Shown piece by piece: positions 59,202-64,000 of a stretch of 64,000 nucleotides of DNA. This DNA is from a virus (lineage: Duplodnaviria; Caudoviricetes). How positions within the stretch are numbered: position 1 is the stretch's first letter; every line of letters starts with the position of its first letter. The notes beneath the pieces are model-generated. The model saw only the letters and a program-made list of their open reading frames with translations. It was not told the DNA's origin and searched no databases. Location: positions 32,001 through 96,000 of the IMG/VR virus record IMGVR_UViG_3300033121_000264; one strand, given 5' to 3'. A program made the position numbers and the translations under genes.

Positions 59202-59360
59202 TCCGGCACGATATTTGCCCAGAAAATCTTTTCAGAATTATGATGCCAGGCACACCATTTTATTTTATTCTAGGCTCTGTATTAGTGGGGATTAACGATT
59301 GACGCCAGGCCGATTCTATGGTACAATCCAGACTTCGCAGCCAGTTAAAACCGGAGTCAA

Positions 59361-60122
59361 GTGATGGAAATTTTAAAGTTTGGAAAAGCAAACGGAAAAT
59401 TGAAGCAATTGCAAGCAAAATTGGGCCGGAAAGTAGCAATTTTTGATATGCTCGCCGGCCATACTTGCCCATTCGCTAAAGATTGCCTATCTAAAGCAAT
59501 TAACCTAGATGGGAAGCGAACAATTGAAGATGGGAAAGATACAAAGTTTCGGTGCTATGCGGCGAGTTTGGAAGTTATCTATCCGGCCGTATATTTCGCA
59601 CACGAACACAATACTAAGCTGATTCGCACAGCTCTATTGGGGGGTGTGAATAATGTAGTCGATTTGATTACACAATCAATCCCAAAGTGGGCCGAAGTTA
59701 TCCGGATTCACTCATCGGGCGATTTTTTCCATCTTAGCTATTTTGACGCTTGGCGGAAAGTTGCGGAATCTTATCCAGACCGCCTATTCTACGCATATAC
59801 TAAGGCTACCCCGTTCTGGGTGAAACGCCTAGATGCTATCCCCCCGAATATGCTACTTACCGCTAGTTTTGGGGGTAAGCGTGATGATTTGATTTTGTCG
59901 CATAATCTCCGGTCAAGTTTGGTAGTTAAGACCGTAGCAGAAGCGAAAAAATTGAAATTGCCTATTGACAAAGCTGATATTTGTGCAGCTACGCCTGGCC
60001 CTAACTTTGCTTTGCTGATTCATGGAGTTCAGCCGAAGGGAAGCGAATACGGAAAAGCGGTACGGAAACTAAAGGGGAAGGGAAGTTATGGTCGAAAGTC
60101 TACTCGAAAGGTGGCTGTTTAA
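59361..60122 (+). CDS. GP88-like (radical-SAM-like Fe-S) protein
   Basis: TCPFA.DC...CYA, RIHSSGDFF and FYAYTK motifs as in the mycobacteriophage gp88 family. Confidence 0.7.
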   Translation: MMEILKFGKANGKLKQLQAKLGRKVAIFDMLAGHTCPFAKDCLSKAINLDGKRTIEDGKDTKFRCYAASLEVIYPAVYFAHEHNTKLIRTALLGGVNNVVDLITQSIPKWAEVIRIHSSGDFFHLSYFDAWRKVAESYPDRLFYAYTKATPFWVKRLDAIPPNMLLTASFGGKRDDLILSHNLRSSLVVKTVAEAKKLKLPIDKADICAATPGPNFALLIHGVQPKGSEYGKAVRKLKGKGSYGRKSTRKVAV

Positions 60123-60387
60123 TGAAACCGCAAATATGGGCCATTCTATTGGGGGGTTTGATGATTCTCGGATGGTACATGGAAGCAAGTAAAAATTCTG
60201 GCCGCTAGTTGACAAGTCGTGAAAAGATGGTAAAATTTGGGAGTCGTGAGGGGATGACTGAAACGAGAAAAGCCAACAACGAAAAAAACGCGAGTCGCTT
60301 GACAAGCTATAAAATGTTGGTATAATCAAAGAGTCGCCCACAGTTAAACGGTTTTGTAGTTTTTATTTTTTGAAAGGTTGGTGTACG

Positions 60388-60831
60388 ATGGCTGAGCAAG
60401 TGACGAACGGTGTTGAAACGGAAACGACGATTGTTGTCCCGGGTATGAAGGTGGGCAAGTCGGCCCCGAAGATGCGAAAGGATGGTACGCCTCGTAAGGA
60501 GCGTACCGTGGTCGAGGACGAAAAGTTTCTGGCTGCGTATTTCGCGGCGGTTAAGGCCGGTCATCCGGTTAGCAAGTTGGCGGAAACTTTGGGAATGGCG
60601 GTCGGTTCGGTGATTCAACGCATCGAATCGACTAACACGAACCTCTTGGAGGTTGGTGCGAAGCCGCTGCCGAAGTTGGCACGTAAGACCGGTCCCCGAA
60701 AAGACCGTTCCGCCCTGGCTGCCCTAGTTGCCCAGATTGGCAAGGGTACGCTGGAAAGCCTGCCGGTTGAAGCCCCTATTTCGGGGGAAGCTCCGGAAAT
60801 GTCGGACGAGGAAGCTAACAGCGACGCCTAA
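60388..60831 (+). CDS. Putative DNA-binding protein (HTH-like)
   Basis: VSKLAETLGM..GSV.QR; two promoters upstream; GC-richer codons; terminator downstream. Confidence 0.6.
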   Translation: MAEQVTNGVETETTIVVPGMKVGKSAPKMRKDGTPRKERTVVEDEKFLAAYFAAVKAGHPVSKLAETLGMAVGSVIQRIESTNTNLLEVGAKPLPKLARKTGPRKDRSALAALVAQIGKGTLESLPVEAPISGEAPEMSDEEANSDA

Positions 60832-60861
60832 GCACTAGGCCGAGTTGAGTAGAAACTAAGC

Positions 60862-60903
60862 AAGCCACCTATCAGGGGTAACTCTGGTGGGTGGTTTGTT
60901 TTA
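60862..60903 (+). terminator. Rho-independent terminator
   Basis: AAGCCACCTATCAGGG...CTCTGGTGGGTGGTTT followed by GTTTT. Confidence 0.7.
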
Positions 60904-60922
60904 TTGTATAAAATGCAATCGT

Positions 60923-61002
60923 CGTAAGTCCTTACCTGGTAAGGGTTTAGGGCTGGGGGGCGTGCCCCGCCGCTGTAAGTCTATATGCTGTAATGGTTTG
61001 CA
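60923..61002. repeat. 80-bp double-palindrome element, copy 9
   Basis: Palindromes at 60925 and 60976, core GGGGCGTGCCCC. Confidence 0.88.
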
Positions 61003-61087
61003 TTGTTTTATTTTTGTCTATTGACACTTCGATAATTCGGTGTAAAATCACTACATCAAAGCAACTAACTTCACAAAGGAAAATGTC

Positions 61088-61345
61088 ATGCGTATCTGGG
61101 TTCGTAAAGCCGATTGTGTCAAGGCTCGTCAGGCTATGGAAGCCGGTTTGTCTATTAAGGATGGTGCTTGCCCCGTTATCCAAGCGTTGCGTTCGCTTGA
61201 TATTCCGGCCCAAGATTGCGGATATGAGACAATCTACGTCGATGGGAAAGCGTACAATATGAATGGGCACAATACCATTCGCCGTTGGTTGCATACGAAT
61301 TGCGACAACGGATTTTATATCAAGATTAAGGACTTGACATACTAG
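61088..61345 (+). CDS. Small hypothetical protein
   Basis: Promoter at 61021 and AAGGA RBS. Confidence 0.6.
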   Translation: MRIWVRKADCVKARQAMEAGLSIKDGACPVIQALRSLDIPAQDCGYETIYVDGKAYNMNGHNTIRRWLHTNCDNGFYIKIKDLTY

Positions 61346-61400
61346 AAACTTGTGCTACAATTCAATAGTCAACGGTCAACAGTAAACAAGGAATCAAAAA

Positions 61401-61646
61401 ATGAAAACGAACGATTTGAAAAAGGGTACACGAATCAAGTTGGCTAATGGTTGGGAAGCTATTATTGAGGATAATATGAAAGGCAACACTCGCCTTGCCA
61501 AAGTGTTCGGATTCTTTACCGAAATTGGTTCGGTCTACAGTCACGATATTAAGTATTTCCGAAATGATGCTGGTATTTGGGAAAGTGTGGAACATACGCC
61601 AGCCCAAATTAAGATGCGAAAACAAGTCTCAAGTTTTGGAATGTAA
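61401..61646 (+). CDS. Small SH3-like hypothetical protein
   Basis: DLKKGTRIKL.NGW.A...DN..G.TR...V.G...EIGSVYSHDI; own promoter and RBS. Confidence 0.7.
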   Translation: MKTNDLKKGTRIKLANGWEAIIEDNMKGNTRLAKVFGFFTEIGSVYSHDIKYFRNDAGIWESVEHTPAQIKMRKQVSSFGM

Positions 61647-61806
61647 CTAAAGGACGAATAAAATGAAAAATTGTGCCTTGACTTTCTCGTTCTTTGTGGT
61701 ACAATGGGCGTAGTTGCAGCAGTAATAATCTGTGGGCTACGCTAGTGACAAATAAACAGTGGGAAGCTATAATACTTATCCTACTGTTGATTGGGTGGTA
61801 TCGTGA

Positions 61807-61879
61807 GGAACTGTAGTATAATGGTTATTACAGCGGACTTTTAATCCGCAAAATCTGGATTCGACTTCCAGCGGTTCCA
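61807..61879 (+). tRNA. tRNA-Lys (UUU)
   Basis: GGAACTG/CGGTTCC acceptor, GCGGA-CTTTTAA-TCCGC anticodon arm, CTGGA-TTCGACT-TCCAG T-arm. Confidence 0.9.
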
Positions 61880-61903
61880 CTTAATGAATACAATCTAAGA
61901 TAC

Positions 61904-61974
61904 GCCCCATTATGTTAATGGTAGACACGCCGGTTTTCAGCCGGAAAATAACAGTTCGATTCTGTTATGGGGTA
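61904..61974 (+). tRNA. tRNA-Glu (UUC)
   Basis: GCCCCAT/ATGGGGT, CCGG-TTTTCAG-CCGG, AACAG-TTCGATT-CTGTT. Confidence 0.85.
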
Positions 61975-61980
61975 CTTTAT

Positions 61981-62057
61981 GCTGGCATGGCTCGACTGAG
62001 AAAGGCACCGCACTTGTAATGCGGATTATGTGGGCGCGAATCCTACTGTCAGCCCCA
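61981..62057 (+). tRNA. tRNA-Thr (UGU), non-canonical T-loop
   Basis: GCTGGCA/TGTCAGC, CCGCA-CTTGTAA-TGCGG, GTGGG-CGCGAAT-CCTAC, encoded CCA. Confidence 0.85.
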
Positions 62058-62071
62058 TACTAGAGGATAAT

Positions 62072-62236
62072 ATGAAAAGTGAAATTGTTAAAATTGAATT
62101 AACCAAAGAACAATATGAACAGTTAATTAGCGAATTGTATTCATTATATGGTTATCACTGGAATAGCGATAAAGTTCATGCTGATGATTGTGGAAGTAAG
62201 GTGATTGATATCATCCAATCACAAGTCCAATCATAG
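62072..62236 (+). CDS. Small hypothetical protein
   Basis: GAGGA RBS before ATG 62072; stop inside repeat copy 10. Confidence 0.55.
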   Translation: MKSEIVKIELTKEQYEQLISELYSLYGYHWNSDKVHADDCGSKVIDIIQSQVQS

Positions 62237-62299
62237 TAAGGACTTAAGTGTAAGGGGCACGCCCCCCAGACGTAACTCCTTATGCCACACCAGGTTACA
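62220..62299. repeat. 80-bp double-palindrome element, copy 10
   Basis: Palindromes at 62222 and 62273, core GGGGCACGCCCC. Confidence 0.82.
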
Positions 62300-62510
62300 A
62301 ATACAAGCCCCCATTGATGTGATTATTCCCCAGAATATGTATAGACTATAAACAAATACATGATATAATTGTATCATCTAATCTATTCTCATCCCCACAG
62401 GCCAGCCACAGCAAGCCAATTTATATGATTGCCGATGATATTGGTCGTCAGCCAATTTGCCCCAAAAGAGGTATAGACAGACCGTAAAAAGATAGTATAA
62501 TGAGATATAT

Positions 62511-62580
62511 GGGTTCACCAATGGATTTTGGCTGCGGTTCTTCTAAAACTGCTTGTGGGGTTCGATTCCCTATGGACCTA
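62511..62580 (+). tRNA. Atypical tRNA-Arg (UCU)
   Basis: GGGTTCA/TGGACCT, GCGGTT-CTTCTAA-AACTGC, T-loop TTCGATT; compact D-arm without the usual linker. Confidence 0.65.
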
Positions 62581-62585
62581 CTTTA

Positions 62586-62673
62586 CGAAGGTAGTGTACC
62601 AGGAACTCTTATAAGGTTCCCGAGATTAAATGATGGTAATGGTTCTCATCAGGTTCGATTCCTGTACCTTCGA
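62586..62673 (+). tRNA. Atypical tRNA-Ile (UAU)-like: no D-arm, long variable arm
   Basis: CGAAGGTA/TACCTTCG, GGAACT-CTTATAA-GGTTCC, CAGG-TTCGATT-CCTG. Confidence 0.6.
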
Positions 62674-63109
62674 CTTAGTGTAGTCAATTTGATGACAGAT
62701 TAGATTACAAAACTGTAAGGTTGTAGTCACTTTGATGACGTTGGTAGTGTCGCGAGACTATAATTTAATTATGAGAGTAATTAAGATTCTAAGTTAAATT
62801 AGGAAAAAGCCGAGGGAAGAAAACTATGGTAAATTGGAAACAAGACCTACCTATTCTTATTGGTGGTTTGATTGGTCTAGTGTTGGGTTGTTTGATTAAT
62901 TACCTTTTACATGGGCATATCTAATGGTTGAAGTGATTAAACGTTCATTCTTGGTTATCTGTGTGGTCTTTACTATTCTTGATATTGGTTACAGGTTGTG
63001 GTACGGTCTACCTATTATGTAACTCTCGGCCTTTAAAAGTATTTGGTTTGTAGGGTTGGAATTATACTTGACATGGGCCGAAAGGTGAGTATAATACTAT
63101 AGAAGATTT

Positions 63110-63183
63110 TACGGTGGGGAGCCGCTGGTGGCTCGGAATAGCTGTTAACTATTTTGCCATTGGTTCGATTCCAATTGCCGTAG
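63110..63183 (+). tRNA. tRNA-Asn (GUU) with 6-bp D-stem
   Basis: TACGGTG/TGCCGTA, GAGCCG-CTGG-TGGCTC, AATAG-CTGTTAA-CTATT, ATTGG-TTCGATT-CCAAT; own promoter. Confidence 0.8.
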
Positions 63184-63204
63184 CTAGTTTAGATAGGACA
63201 ACGT

Positions 63205-63390
63205 ATGAAAGAGTTTTGGCAAGGACTAACAATTCAGGAACGTATGTATTTGGCCCTCAATGTTTATTATGCCCAGATTGTAAAAATTAGTGGCTTTAAA
63301 TATTTGCCCACACCTAATAAGATTGCTTATTGTGATTGGGATAATATAGGACCGATTTATCAGGACGCACTTATGGGTTGTCATAGCTAA
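63205..63390 (+). CDS. Small hypothetical protein
   Basis: AGGA RBS. Confidence 0.55.
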   Translation: MKEFWQGLTIQERMYLALNVYYAQIVKISGFKYLPTPNKIAYCDWDNIGPIYQDALMGCHS

Positions 63391-63437
63391 CCTAATCAGA
63401 TTCGACCAGGGCTAACCACAGTCAGTCAAGTATTAAT

Positions 63438-63659
63438 ATGAATCTACAACTTAAAAGGGCCGAATCATTTGTTGACCATAAAGAATATTTAATTGTGTTT
63501 TGTCTGGATAATAATGTACTAGTATGTAGAACAGCAACATATGGTTATGGCGCTTTCAATTGTGGCAAAACGGTCAAAGATATTATTGATGCTTATGAAT
63601 TACCAATAACCCCAGACGAATACTGTAATTTGATTATTGAACCGGACAACTTTGTATAA
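63438..63659 (+). CDS. Small hypothetical protein
   Basis: ATG ORF in the same orientation as the block. Confidence 0.45.
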   Translation: MNLQLKRAESFVDHKEYLIVFCLDNNVLVCRTATYGYGAFNCGKTVKDIIDAYELPITPDEYCNLIIEPDNFV

Positions 63660-64000
63660 TGCGCAAGATATAGTGGTGTGCGAAAACGCACATACAAGAT
63701 GTAGTAGTATAACTTTTTTCACCGTTTTTTGAATATAATAAGGTTGTACGCATATTCGGTCAAAGGGGTTATTTTAATAAACGTCACACCGAATACATTA
63801 TTAAGAGTTGGTATTATCTTATTACTACAAGCCTTAATGCCCAACTCAGAAATAAAAAGCCGAAGGAATAAGTGGTCTGTATTAAGGGCCACAAAGAATT
63901 ATGGGATTCATTATATTAATAGTAGTGGGTGGTATATTGGCTCTATGGATATTAGAACAATTTACTGATTTTACAACACGATAAGATATACAAAAGCCAG

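Larger units (their letters stand above)
50397..63095 (+). promoter_or_regulatory. Series of more than 20 near-consensus sigma70 early promoters
   Basis: TTGAC(A/G/T)-N16/17-TA(T/C/A/G)AAT at ~50397, 50718, 51770, 52149, 52454, 52675, 53713, 54868, 57006, 57588, 58129, 58318, 59299, 60209, 60299, 61021, 61334, 61678 and 63068, plus weaker copies. Confidence 0.85.

Noticed and set aside
49846-62299. CRISPR array interpretation of the repeats
   Set aside because: Copies are ~80 bp, degenerate and separated by 1-2 kb of genes; no cas genes in the window
62511-62580. Amber suppressor tRNA (CTA present in the loop region)
   Set aside because: Stem symmetry centres the 7-nt loop CTTCTAA on TCT (Arg), not CTA
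62500-62703. 67-aa ORF, and the 5' extension of ORF 62030-62236
   Set aside because: Both overlap tRNA genes; the second has a better start at 62072
62676-62765. Possible degenerate tRNA-Tyr (CTGTAA loop) with duplicated TGTAGTCA.TTTGATGAC
   Set aside because: No convincing T-arm or acceptor stem
63729-63968. 79-aa TTG-start ORF at the window end
   Set aside because: No RBS or recognisable features; not supported

Overview
Part of a large, AT-rich tailed dsDNA phage genome, probably a long-tailed siphovirus (2486-aa tape measure, tail tube, no sheath gene in the window). There are three blocks. (1) 1-14.6 kb (+): a cluster of glycosyltransferases and NDP-sugar enzymes (GT4, GT2, GT25, CgeB-like, SDRs, HddA-like kinase, Fcl), with free-standing endonucleases and probable recombination/ssDNA proteins. 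(2) 14.6-49.6 kb (-): packaging, head and tail genes plus gmd and a sigma-like factor. A recurrent GGTGTATAA motif here is a probable late promoter; it often overlaps stop codons, so several proteins end in -GV. (3) 49.8-64 kb (+): an early or host-takeover region of small genes, more than 20 near-consensus sigma70 promoters, tRNAs (several atypical) and tRNA-like RNAs. The most striking unexplained structure is a family of ten ~80-bp elements spaced every 1.1-1.9 kb through block 3. Each has two 25-bp palindromes starting exactly 51 bp apart, usually around a GGGGC..GCCCC core. They often begin right at a stop codon, and four are followed within 2-3 bp by a sigma54-type -24/-12 box. All calls come from motif recognition by eye; no database searches were run.
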